Source of the DNA: an uncultured Candidatus Saccharibacteria bacterium
GTDB lineage: Bacteria; Patescibacteriota; WWE3; UBA101185; UBA10185
Length of the DNA: 54,436 bases
NCBI GenBank assembly: GCA_964434935.1
Contig: CAYSWS010000004.1
Coordinates: forward strand, 1 to 54,436
Reading direction: 5' to 3'
Positions 36,254-45,605 of the stretch are shown here, one piece after another (position 1 is the stretch's first letter; each line of letters starts with the position of its first letter). A program made the translations under genes and the position numbers. The notes beneath the pieces were generated by a model that was not told the DNA's origin, made no database searches, and saw nothing but the letters and a program-made list of their open reading frames with translations.

Positions 36254-37624
36254 ATGAATGTTGCAGTTATAGGTACAGGATATATAGGTTTGGTAGGCGC
36301 AGCCGTGTTTGCCGATTGGGGTCATAAAGTTACCGGCATTGATATCGATGAAAAAAAGATAGCCAAGATCTCATCAGGGGAAATGCCTATTTACGAACCC
36401 GGTTTATCGGAATTAGTGCTGGAAAATATTGAAAACGGCAGATTGGAATTTACCACCTCATTGCCCCAAGGAATAAAAAATGCTGAAGTCGTTTTTATTT
36501 GTGTGGGTACTCCTCAAGGTGAAGACGGAGCGGCTGATCTAACTGCTGTGTGGTCAGTGGCCAAGGAGATAGGCAAGCATCTGGATGGGTATAAAGTGAT
36601 CGTGGTGAAGAGCACGGTGCCCGTTCGCACCAATGAAAGGGTTAAGCAGATCATTTCCGAAAATCTTAAAACAGAAACAGTCTTTGATGTGGTCTCCAAT
36701 CCGGAATTTTTAAGAGAAGGCAGCTCTATCGAGGATATGCAAAACACTGATAGAACTGTGGTGGGATTCGATTCCGAAAGAGCCCTCAATGTTATGAAGG
36801 AGCTCTACGCCGCCGTGGAAGCGCCTCTAGTTGAGTGTGATTACAGGTCTGCAGAAATGATCAAATACGCCTCCAATGCCTTTTTGGCCACCAAGATCTC
36901 GTTTATAAATGAAATAGGACAGCTATGCGAAAGGGCAGGAGCAGATGTGCAAGTGGTAGCTAAGGGTATGGGTTTGGATAGAAGGATCGGACCATATTTC
37001 TTACACGCTGGATTGGGTTATGGAGGAAGCTGCTTTCCTAAGGATGTGGCCGCCCTGTATAAGACCTCAACAGACCAAGCCTACGACTTTAAGCTTCTAA
37101 GAAGTGTCATGGAGGTGAACGGCATGCAGCGTAGCTATTTCATAAAAAAGATCAAATCTTATTTTGGCAACAATTTGTCTGATCGAACCATAGCCTGTTT
37201 GGGCCTATCTTTTAAAAGCAATACGGATGATATCAGAGAGTCAGTTTCCGTAGAGGTGATCAGGTTGTTAAGGGGGCTGGGGGCAAAGATCAGGGTTTAC
37301 GATCCTGAGGCCATGGTCAATTCCAAAAAGGAACTTGGTGAAAGCAACATCAAGTACTGTCTGGACGCCTATGAGGCCATGGAGCAAGCAGATGCCTTGT
37401 GCCTTCTTACGGAGTGGGACCAATTTAGAAAGTTGGATCTTACCAAAGTAAAACAGCTGTTAAAAAGCCCTGTCATCTTTGACGGCAGGAATTTGATGGA
37501 CAGAGATAAAGTGGAGAAAGCTGGTTTTACCTATTTTGCTGTAGGCAAGGTAACTAATGGCCTTATTGAACAGGACGAAAGACCAGTATATGCTATCTTA
37601 AGGAATGGACCAAAAAAGTCATAA
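36254..37624 (+). CDS. ugd: UDP-glucose 6-dehydrogenase
   Basis: Rossmann VAVIGTGYIGLV, catalytic GGSCFPKD, 456 aa, with a GGAAGGAG SD. Confidence 0.93.
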   Translation: MNVAVIGTGYIGLVGAAVFADWGHKVTGIDIDEKKIAKISSGEMPIYEPGLSELVLENIENGRLEFTTSLPQGIKNAEVVFICVGTPQGEDGAADLTAVWSVAKEIGKHLDGYKVIVVKSTVPVRTNERVKQIISENLKTETVFDVVSNPEFLREGSSIEDMQNTDRTVVGFDSERALNVMKELYAAVEAPLVECDYRSAEMIKYASNAFLATKISFINEIGQLCERAGADVQVVAKGMGLDRRIGPYFLHAGLGYGGSCFPKDVAALYKTSTDQAYDFKLLRSVMEVNGMQRSYFIKKIKSYFGNNLSDRTIACLGLSFKSNTDDIRESVSVEVIRLLRGLGAKIRVYDPEAMVNSKKELGESNIKYCLDAYEAMEQADALCLLTEWDQFRKLDLTKVKQLLKSPVIFDGRNLMDRDKVEKAGFTYFAVGKVTNGLIEQDERPVYAILRNGPKKS

Positions 37625-38822
37625 GAAAAAGATTGTTATATTGATACCGGAGTTTCCTGTTCTGACCGAAACTTTTATTCAAAGAGACATTGTTAAGCTT
37701 GTCGAACTGGGGCACTTGGACATCTCGGTGCTGTATTTGAAAAAGGGCACAGGCGAGCTGGACGAAACCCTAAAACCAATCGCGCACAAAATAGGTCTAA
37801 ATATCATCGACGCCTTTTTCTCCCTTAAGTACCTGTTAATAAAAAAAGAGGAAATTAGGAGGATAAACCACATCCTCAAAGGGGACCTCACTAGGAGCAA
37901 TCTGAAGCGTTACTATTTACTGCTTAAAGCTTTAGGTTATGCCAATATCATAAAAAACTTCAAACCGGATGAGTTGCACATTCATTTTTATTCTGACTTT
38001 TCCACCATCGGTATGTTCTCCGCCATTATTTTGGGTGTGCCCTTTAGTATCAATGCTCATGCCCGTGACGTGTTCGAATATCCGCATCTGCCTAAATCCA
38101 AGGCCAATCTAGCTAAGTTTGTCACGGTGTGTAATAAAGCTGCCTATGATAGGTGCGCGGACATTTCTCAAGCCGTTGAGGATAAGATCCATCTGGTACA
38201 TCATGGGGTAGATCCGGAAACAGTATTTCCCGCCGGGCTGGCGGTTACCAAGGCTGATGTACCGATGATATTTATGGGCGGTACCAGGATCACTGAGAAA
38301 AAAGGTATTGAATATATGCTGCAAGCGTCAAAAATATTAAGGGAAAGACGTATCAGGCATAGAGTGGATCTGGTGGGTGTGGGTGAGGGGTATGCCGGTG
38401 TGCTGGAGAGAATAAAGGAGCTGGGTTTGGAAGATGTTTTCTTTTTGCATGGAAAGGGGAAAGGCTTGCCTTTTAGCGAGTTGGCCAAGTTCTACCTGGC
38501 GGCTGATATTTTTGTCCTGCCTTTAATAAAGGCCGAGAGCGGAGATGCAGACGGCATACCAAATGTGATCATAGAGGCTGCCTTGGCCAAGTTACCTATT
38601 ATAACCACTAACGCTGGTAGTGTGAGCGAACTTATAGAAGATAACGTTACGGGTATTGTCGTGCCGCAAAGAAATGCTGAGGTCTTAGCTACCAAGATAG
38701 AAAGCCTTATTTTCGATGATGAGAAAAAGAAAAGATTAGGCGAGTCCGTGTACAACAAAGCTCTGGTTATGTTTGATAGGGATAAGAACGTGGGAGAGCT
38801 AGAAAAACTACTTTTAAGATAA
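37605..38822 (+). CDS. GT4 (Glycos_transf_1) glycosyltransferase
   Basis: EKKGIEY... and DGIPNVIIEAALAKLPIITTNAGSVSELIEDNVTG (E-x7-E). It overlaps ugd by 20 nt. Confidence 0.88.
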   Translation: MDQKSHKKKIVILIPEFPVLTETFIQRDIVKLVELGHLDISVLYLKKGTGELDETLKPIAHKIGLNIIDAFFSLKYLLIKKEEIRRINHILKGDLTRSNLKRYYLLLKALGYANIIKNFKPDELHIHFYSDFSTIGMFSAIILGVPFSINAHARDVFEYPHLPKSKANLAKFVTVCNKAAYDRCADISQAVEDKIHLVHHGVDPETVFPAGLAVTKADVPMIFMGGTRITEKKGIEYMLQASKILRERRIRHRVDLVGVGEGYAGVLERIKELGLEDVFFLHGKGKGLPFSELAKFYLAADIFVLPLIKAESGDADGIPNVIIEAALAKLPIITTNAGSVSELIEDNVTGIVVPQRNAEVLATKIESLIFDDEKKKRLGESVYNKALVMFDRDKNVGELEKLLLR

Positions 38823-38839
38823 TTAGCACTCCAATTTCT

Positions 38840-38848
38840 TGTTATAAT
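38840..38848 (+). promoter_or_regulatory. Consensus extended -10 TGtTATAAT exactly 6 nt upstream of ATG 38855
   Basis: TG at 38840-38841 and TATAAT at 38843-38848, followed by TTCCTT and then ATG. No SD. The geometry places +1 on the A of the start codon. Confidence 0.4.
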
Positions 38849-38854
38849 TTCCTT

Positions 38855-40063
38855 ATGAAAATCGCCGTGTTTACAAAAAAAACCACCTTTCACCAAGGCT
38901 ATGGCGGTTTGGAAACACAAAATAAAGTGCTCTGCGAAGGTTTGGTGCAAAAAGGCCACGATATAACAGTTTTTTCCCCAAAATGGGAACTTTCCCTGGA
39001 AAAAAGTGAAGAAAACGGAGTTAATTACATTTTTGTCGACTGCGTATACCGCATGGGGCCAATTTTTGGTTTTTTTGGTACCAAGCAGAAGAACAACTGG
39101 ATAAACCGCTCTGTTGAGGACTTCGAAGAGATCCACCACAAAGGCAGGTTCGATATTGTGCTGGCCCAAAGTTCAGCCGGATTGGGTGTTATAAAGAAGA
39201 AAGATAAGTTGGAAGTCAAGGCGGTGTCTATCTCCCACGGCTCCATAGTGGGAGAATACAAAACTTTTCTAGCTAGCATGGAGCTCCCCCAAGATCTGCT
39301 ACTGTTGGTAAAAAACACCGGTTTTACCGTCAAGAACTTTTTTCGACGCCAACGTGATTTTGTTCATGGTTCGAACAAAATAATTGCCGTTTCCAATTTT
39401 GTGAAAAGCTCTATCATGGAAGAAACTTTTGTCGATGAAAAAAAGGTTGTGGTCATTCATAACGGTGTTGACCCGCAGGATTACTTTGCCAAAGACGATA
39501 TGGTAAAACGAGGCAAAAAAGCGCTGTACGTGGGACAGATAATCAAGTCTAAGGGTATCAACGACTTAATGGAGATATTTTCCGATGATGACCTTAAAAA
39601 TACAGCCATAGATCTAGCCGGAACGGGAGAGATGCTAGAGACCTGTCAGGCCAAAGTTAAGAGTAACGAGAAGTTTGCAGGCAGAGTGAATTTTTTAGGC
39701 AAGATCAACTATCAGGAACTGAAAAGCAAGTATTACATGAATCCAGACTATGGAGTATTTGTACTACCCACAAAAAGATATGAAGGACTGCCCATGGTGT
39801 TGGTAGAGGCCATGTTCTCGGGCCTGCCCATAGTAGCTTATGATATGGGCGGAGTAGCTGACGCCGTCCATGATGGGAAGAACGGCTTCCTCATTAAGCC
39901 TGGGGATGTTTCGGACTTTAAGAACAAGATAATGGAAATTATCAATAATGATAAACTTAAAGAAGAAATGAGCCAAAATTCGCTGAAGCTGGCTTACGAC
40001 CAGTTCACTTCCCGGCAAATGATAGATAGCTATGAAAAAGTCATGCAGGAGGTCTTGAAATGA
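38855..40063 (+). CDS. GT4 glycosyltransferase
   Basis: KSKGINDL... and YEGLPMVLVEAMFSGLPIVAYDMGGVADAVHDGKNGFL. Confidence 0.88.
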   Translation: MKIAVFTKKTTFHQGYGGLETQNKVLCEGLVQKGHDITVFSPKWELSLEKSEENGVNYIFVDCVYRMGPIFGFFGTKQKNNWINRSVEDFEEIHHKGRFDIVLAQSSAGLGVIKKKDKLEVKAVSISHGSIVGEYKTFLASMELPQDLLLLVKNTGFTVKNFFRRQRDFVHGSNKIIAVSNFVKSSIMEETFVDEKKVVVIHNGVDPQDYFAKDDMVKRGKKALYVGQIIKSKGINDLMEIFSDDDLKNTAIDLAGTGEMLETCQAKVKSNEKFAGRVNFLGKINYQELKSKYYMNPDYGVFVLPTKRYEGLPMVLVEAMFSGLPIVAYDMGGVADAVHDGKNGFLIKPGDVSDFKNKIMEIINNDKLKEEMSQNSLKLAYDQFTSRQMIDSYEKVMQEVLK

Positions 40064-41256
40064 GAATTGCCCGCATGATCTATGAGTGGCCGCCTCCTTG
40101 GCTGGGTCTGGCCCCGGCGCCTTATGAACTTACCAAGTCCCAGGTCAAGCTGGGCCACACTTTTGAGGTGTTTTGCGCCCGGTGGCCTAATTCCGGACCC
40201 ATCGAAGGCTTGAACAAAGTTGATTTTAATTTGGTGCCCAGAGAACCTTTGCCGGGAACCATGCTCCTTACCTCCGCTCCGGCCATGTTCTTCAGATACT
40301 TATCCTGGCGTAGCCATAACAAAACAGACCTCATTCATGCTCATGGGCATTTTGGCATGTGGTTTTACTGGTATCGAAAACTTCTAAAAAAGCATTTTCC
40401 CTGGGTGGAAGAAATGAAAGCACCTTTAGTGGTGCATTTTCACAACACGGTAAAAGGGAGGAGGACCAAGTTGGAAGAGGCGGAGACCGAGATCAAGAAT
40501 ATGTCCAAGTACATCAACTGGCCTCTAGCGGAAGCTTCGGATAGATGGGCAGTGAGAACGGCTGACGCCTGTGTTTTTGTGTCCGAAGAATTAAAACAGG
40601 AGGCCATTAAGTACTACAAAGCGGATCCGCAAAAGTGTTTTGTGGTTGAGACCGGAGTTAACACCGAGACTTTTAAACCTGTTTCCCTTGAAGAAAAAGT
40701 TAAGACCAGACTAGAACTCAAACTTAATCCGGAGGACAAGATAGTGCTTAATGTTGGTGCCATGGTAGAAAGGAAAAACATACACTTCTTGGTCGAAGCC
40801 ATGGCACATCTGCCCGACAACTACAAACTTCTACTCATGGGCGAAGGAGATCCGGACTACGAAGACAGGCTCGACAAAACTATGATCGATAATAAGGTTA
40901 AGCATAAAGTCATCAAGGTGGGTTACACGCCCTACCCGCAGATCCCCATAGCCTATCAGTCAGCCGATGTCTTTGTCCTGCCCTCAAGTTTTGAGGGCAT
41001 ACCCAAAGTAGTCATGGAGTCGCTATCCTGCGGCGTACCTGTGCTGGCCTCAGGTTTCAAATTAAATGAAGATATCCTGGGCTTGGAGTATTTGGAGGAG
41101 ATAGGACCAAGATATATTGCCGGTCGGATCAAAGATATGATCGAAAATCATAGAAGTGTGGACAGGTACAAAGTTATGCATCTTTATTCCTGGGATACAA
41201 AAGCAGCCGAGATGGAAAGAGTATACGAATATGCTAAAAAAAATCACCTCAAATAG
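40060..41256 (+). CDS. GT4 glycosyltransferase
   Basis: ERKNIHFLVEA... and FEGIPKVVMESLSCGVPVLAS. 4-nt overlap with the previous gene. Confidence 0.85.
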   Translation: MRIARMIYEWPPPWLGLAPAPYELTKSQVKLGHTFEVFCARWPNSGPIEGLNKVDFNLVPREPLPGTMLLTSAPAMFFRYLSWRSHNKTDLIHAHGHFGMWFYWYRKLLKKHFPWVEEMKAPLVVHFHNTVKGRRTKLEEAETEIKNMSKYINWPLAEASDRWAVRTADACVFVSEELKQEAIKYYKADPQKCFVVETGVNTETFKPVSLEEKVKTRLELKLNPEDKIVLNVGAMVERKNIHFLVEAMAHLPDNYKLLLMGEGDPDYEDRLDKTMIDNKVKHKVIKVGYTPYPQIPIAYQSADVFVLPSSFEGIPKVVMESLSCGVPVLASGFKLNEDILGLEYLEEIGPRYIAGRIKDMIENHRSVDRYKVMHLYSWDTKAAEMERVYEYAKKNHLK

Positions 41257-42766
41257 CGCCATTCTAATATTCATAGTTTTTGTCCTGGTGCATTTGGCAC
41301 TTTTTAATATCAATTTTGCCGAATGGGGAGATAGCTACAGGATCCTTAGAGCCTCTGAATTTATACGTGGCGGTTCCTATCCTGATGATGAGAAGAGACA
41401 GCCGGCGTTCTCTTTGTTACTGGCGCTTAGACCATCCGGTGTGGACCAGATATTTTGGGGGCGGCTGGAAATGTTTTTGTTTAGTGTGCTGTTATTTTGG
41501 TATTTCTATAAACTCTTGAAACTGTACCCCCTGAGTGAGAGAGCGCGAGATCTGGCTTTGTGGCTCATGGTCTTCAATCCGGTGCTGTTATATTGGTCGA
41601 TACGCATCATGGCTGATGTGCCGTTCACTTTGTTGGTCGTGATCACGTTTTATTATTATAAAAAGTGGCAAGACTCCTTGACTTGGACTAAGCTCCTGCT
41701 TCTGGGCGGGTTGATAGGTGTGGCCGTGCTGACGCGGTTCGAAGGGTATATTTTAGGTTTTTCCTTGGGTTTAGGTCTTTTACTAGGCGAAGGTAAGAAC
41801 GTTAGCTTAAAGATCAAGCGCGCCCTTGTGTTGGTGACCGGATTTATCATTTTGACCCTGCCCTGGTTCTTGTTCAGAAATCCCATCAGGTCCATGTATT
41901 TTGAGGAGCCTGCCCGCCGTGTTTATGATCTTAAGATGGTCATCATCTATCTGGTGTCCTCCATGTATTTGTTTGGCTTTACTTCTGCCTGCTTCTTTTT
42001 CTACAAGTACAAAGCTAAGCTGGCTGTGCTGATCAAAGAAAATGTGGCCATGACTATTTTTGTGGTTTTGGAGCTTCTTTTGGCGCTATTATGGCCGGCG
42101 GCCATACCCAGATTGTTCACACCCATGATCTTGTTCCTAACGATCCCTTTGTCTATGTTCTTGGACGAGCACTTTAAGAGCCGTCAAGGCAGCGCCAACC
42201 ATGACATCTACTTTTTGGCCGGTCTCTTGCTGACTTTTGTCATAGCTCAGTATTTTCTGAAACTGCAATTTCTAGTTTTAATAAAATCTCTCCTATTGCT
42301 GGTCGTGTTCATACAGATCTTAAATATTTTGGCCATAAAACAAAGAAACTACACTTTCTTTCAGGCTACGCTTGTTATTTCAGCTATGGTGTGGTCCTTG
42401 TCGACCATTTGGCTGCACAAAGATATTTTTAAAGCTGTAGTAGAAGCCAATAAATACGCTCTCAAGGAATTATCAGGCACGGTTGTATATAACGATGTCA
42501 GCAGTGTGTCCGATTGGTATTTGAACCAAAGTGGGCAAAATGGGAATATCCGGGGAATCTATCTGAATATGGATAACAGAGAGGGCCGCTCCCTTAAAAA
42601 TCTGCAGGAAAAACAGGCTGATTATGTCATGATCACCAATGAGCATAACACCAGCATGGAGTTCAGTGCCGATGAGGTGGGTTATTTAGAACAAATAAAA
42701 GAATTTCGATATACTATCAGGGGCAAGCAGTTCTTCACTAAAATTATGGAATTTAGCAAAAAATGA
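41231..42766 (+). CDS. GT-C fold membrane glycosyltransferase (ArnT/PMT_2-like)
   Basis: About 12 TM helices with a first-loop acidic motif YPDDEKRQPAFSLLLAL. I chose ATG 41231 (MLKKITSNSAILIF...) over the ORF-track start at 41156, which lies deep inside the GT4 gene. Confidence 0.7.
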   Translation: MLKKITSNSAILIFIVFVLVHLALFNINFAEWGDSYRILRASEFIRGGSYPDDEKRQPAFSLLLALRPSGVDQIFWGRLEMFLFSVLLFWYFYKLLKLYPLSERARDLALWLMVFNPVLLYWSIRIMADVPFTLLVVITFYYYKKWQDSLTWTKLLLLGGLIGVAVLTRFEGYILGFSLGLGLLLGEGKNVSLKIKRALVLVTGFIILTLPWFLFRNPIRSMYFEEPARRVYDLKMVIIYLVSSMYLFGFTSACFFFYKYKAKLAVLIKENVAMTIFVVLELLLALLWPAAIPRLFTPMILFLTIPLSMFLDEHFKSRQGSANHDIYFLAGLLLTFVIAQYFLKLQFLVLIKSLLLLVVFIQILNILAIKQRNYTFFQATLVISAMVWSLSTIWLHKDIFKAVVEANKYALKELSGTVVYNDVSSVSDWYLNQSGQNGNIRGIYLNMDNREGRSLKNLQEKQADYVMITNEHNTSMEFSADEVGYLEQIKEFRYTIRGKQFFTKIMEFSKK

Positions 42767-43467
42767 GCAAAGTAACTAAACTATCTATTGTCATTCCCGT
42801 CTACAACGAAAAAAACACCTTGGAGCCTTTGGTCGAAAAAGTCAAAAAAGTAGATCTGGGTCCGGTAGAAAAGGAGATCATCCTGGTGGATGATGCCTCG
42901 ACCGACGGGTCGGTGGAGCTGCTTGAAGGCTTTCAACAGACCGATCCGTCACTAAAAATATTTTTCCAGGCGGCCAATTCCGGTAAGGGTGCCACTTTGA
43001 GAGAAGGTTTTTCTCATACTACCGGTGACTATGTCATCGTGCAGGATGCGGATCTGGAGTATGAGCCAAAAGATTATAAAAAACTGCTCAGAGCTTTGGA
43101 AGAAGAGAACGTGGACGTGGTCTACGGTTCAAGATTTTCGGGAAATTATGAAGACATGTCCAACCTTCACTATGTGGGAAATAAACTACTGACCTTGATC
43201 TCCAATATTTTATTCGGGGTCATGCTCACGGATATGGAAACTTGCTATAAACTTATGCCTGGAGAATTTATCAGGAGCCTGAAGATAAAGTCTGCCAGGT
43301 TCAACTTTGAGCCGGAGATCACGGCTAAGATCCTCAGGTCAGGCAAAAGGATCAGAGAGGTGCCCATATCTTACAAAGGCAGGTCACATTCCGAAGGCAA
43401 GAAGATCACCTGGCGCGATGGATTGTCAGCGGTAACTACTTTATTGAGGTTCAGGTTCTTCAATTAA
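42763..43467 (+). CDS. GT2 glycosyltransferase (polyprenyl-phosphate sugar synthase-like)
   Basis: LSIVIPVYNEKNTL, VDDASTDGS and QDADLEYEP. Soluble, 234 aa. Confidence 0.85.
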   Translation: MSKVTKLSIVIPVYNEKNTLEPLVEKVKKVDLGPVEKEIILVDDASTDGSVELLEGFQQTDPSLKIFFQAANSGKGATLREGFSHTTGDYVIVQDADLEYEPKDYKKLLRALEEENVDVVYGSRFSGNYEDMSNLHYVGNKLLTLISNILFGVMLTDMETCYKLMPGEFIRSLKIKSARFNFEPEITAKILRSGKRIREVPISYKGRSHSEGKKITWRDGLSAVTTLLRFRFFN

Positions 43468-43469
43468 CT

Positions 43470-45605
43470 ATGAAAAAGATGATCGATTTTTCCAAAACCC
43501 ATATCTACTTTTTAACCCTTATTTTAGCCTGTTTGATGATCCTAGCCGTCACCATCAGGATCAACACTTTCAAGTACAACAATTTCGATTACGGGAAGTT
43601 CGATCTGGGAAATATGACGCAAATGGTGTGGAATGCCAGTCATGGCAGGGGGCTATACATGACAGATTACTTTGGCACTAATCTGCCTCGTTGGGCTATG
43701 AGCCATGTCGACCCCATTTTGTACTTGTTCGTGCCTGTTTTCATACTTTTTCCCAGTCCGCTCACTCTTATTTACGCCCAACTGATGCTGGTCATATTTT
43801 CCAGCTTGTTGGTGTTTTTGATCGCCAAATTGCATTTGAAAAAAGATCTCTACGCTTTTTTGCTGGGCTTTGCCTTTCTGCTCAATCCTTCCATTGGCTA
43901 TCTTACCGCCACCACGGGATTTCACGGAGTAACGGCCGTTATCCCCTTCCTTTTAGGGGCTTTTTACTTGTTCGATAAGATGTATTTTGACGACTCTTTT
44001 ACCCCAAAAAAGTTGGCCGCCTTTTGGTTGCTTATATTTTTGACCATGATGGGTAAAGAACAGATCGCTCTCTATACCTTTTTGTATGGTATTTTCATCA
44101 TTTTTCTGCGAAATAAAGATACCGGCACATTAAAAGAGTACTTAACTTCGAAAACAGGCCGGATGGGCATGGTCATGTCTTTACTGAGCCTACTGTGGTT
44201 TTGTTTAGCCTTTTTTGTCATTATTCCCGCCAACGCCCATTATAGAATTGAAGGTTACCAAAAATTTGTTAATACCATAGAGCTAAGCAGCAGCTCCGCC
44301 AGAGATGTAGCCAAGCCCAACTACTTTTTGAATAGGTATGAAGAATTCGGAGATTCATATTTTGATATTTTGAAGAACATGGTCCTAAACCCGAGGATGT
44401 CCGTAGGGGTGTTCTTTGGCGGTGACAAGATAGAAAATTTTGTTAGGACTTTCCAGCCCTTTGCCTTTTTGCCTTTTGCTTACCCCGGGATCCTTGTGAT
44501 GGCTGTACCGGACCTTATCATTAATTTTATGACCACAGCTGATGGCATAGGTACGGCGGAGATCACAAATCACAGGATATCTATGATCTTGCCTGTACTG
44601 ATCCTGGCAACAATTTTCGGCATCAAATATTTATCCTCTTGGGCAAAAAAAGCTAAACAGCAGACATTTGTGTGCACTGTGCTCTGCTTGCTGGTAGCGG
44701 CCTCTGCTTTATATACGTCTCACTATTATAATAATCCGGTCTATTTGTGGATGAGGGACGCCATAAAAAATAAAGTTGTGGTCAACGTCTTTGCCAAATC
44801 GGATGAAGAACTGATCAACCGGGATCTAAAGGTAGGAGATGTGATCAGACTGAGCGAACTTGAATTTAAGGATGTTGATTGCGCCAGAAAGATCGTAGGC
44901 ATCATTCCGGATGAGGCTTCGATCTCAGGCCCGGACTCACTGGGGGCGCATTTAGCTAAAAGAGAGACCTATGCCATCTTTCCGGCCCTTTATAATGAGG
45001 CCGATTATGTCATTGTGGACATTTTTGCCAAAAAGATCTTTACTATTTTGGACCTGGATACTGAGATCATCACCGATGTCATCGAAAATGTCATAAAAGA
45101 TCCCAACTATGAATTGAAACTGGGTTGCGGAAACTATTTTGTTTTTGAGAATGTGGGTCCTCACGATAAGGAAGCGCTTCTGCCCATTCAAGAAAGGTTC
45201 ACATATCCGGAGGTTTTAGATCTGAAATTTTTCCAGGGTCTAAGGATCGTAGATCTTGAATTACCGAAAACTTTTCAAAAAGGTCTCAGCCAAAAAATGA
45301 AAGTGGTTTATTTTAGAGGAGATGATGACACTACAAAGGATGGCACCATCGAAGATTATAAAATGTTCACATCTTTTGTGAATAAAAAGACAGGGGAGAT
45401 CTATCAATTGGCCAACTTACCCTCATTTGCTTTAAGGGAGCCGGGAGGTTGGGTGGAGGGCAGATACTATATTGAAAATATTGAAGTGGTCATGCCTGAT
45501 TTTGTCGATAATGGACAGTACTTTGTATTTTTGGGCATGGGCAACAACATCCGTACCCGAAGCATACTTTTAGGAACCGTGGAGGTTATAATGGGAAAGT
45601 TATGA
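43470..45605 (+). CDS. DUF2079-like multi-pass membrane protein with a large C-terminal soluble domain
   Basis: The N-terminal loop FDYGKFDLGNMTQMVWNASHGRG resembles the DUF2079 signature (DLG...Q..WN). About 430 aa of membrane domain are followed by about 280 aa of non-hydrophobic sequence. Confidence 0.6.
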   Translation: MKKMIDFSKTHIYFLTLILACLMILAVTIRINTFKYNNFDYGKFDLGNMTQMVWNASHGRGLYMTDYFGTNLPRWAMSHVDPILYLFVPVFILFPSPLTLIYAQLMLVIFSSLLVFLIAKLHLKKDLYAFLLGFAFLLNPSIGYLTATTGFHGVTAVIPFLLGAFYLFDKMYFDDSFTPKKLAAFWLLIFLTMMGKEQIALYTFLYGIFIIFLRNKDTGTLKEYLTSKTGRMGMVMSLLSLLWFCLAFFVIIPANAHYRIEGYQKFVNTIELSSSSARDVAKPNYFLNRYEEFGDSYFDILKNMVLNPRMSVGVFFGGDKIENFVRTFQPFAFLPFAYPGILVMAVPDLIINFMTTADGIGTAEITNHRISMILPVLILATIFGIKYLSSWAKKAKQQTFVCTVLCLLVAASALYTSHYYNNPVYLWMRDAIKNKVVVNVFAKSDEELINRDLKVGDVIRLSELEFKDVDCARKIVGIIPDEASISGPDSLGAHLAKRETYAIFPALYNEADYVIVDIFAKKIFTILDLDTEIITDVIENVIKDPNYELKLGCGNYFVFENVGPHDKEALLPIQERFTYPEVLDLKFFQGLRIVDLELPKTFQKGLSQKMKVVYFRGDDDTTKDGTIEDYKMFTSFVNKKTGEIYQLANLPSFALREPGGWVEGRYYIENIEVVMPDFVDNGQYFVFLGMGNNIRTRSILLGTVEVIMGKL

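Noticed and set aside
38492-39169. 225-aa minus-strand ORF
   Set aside because: It is antisense across the junction of two GT4 genes that carry clear E-x7-E motifs. It has no family resemblance.
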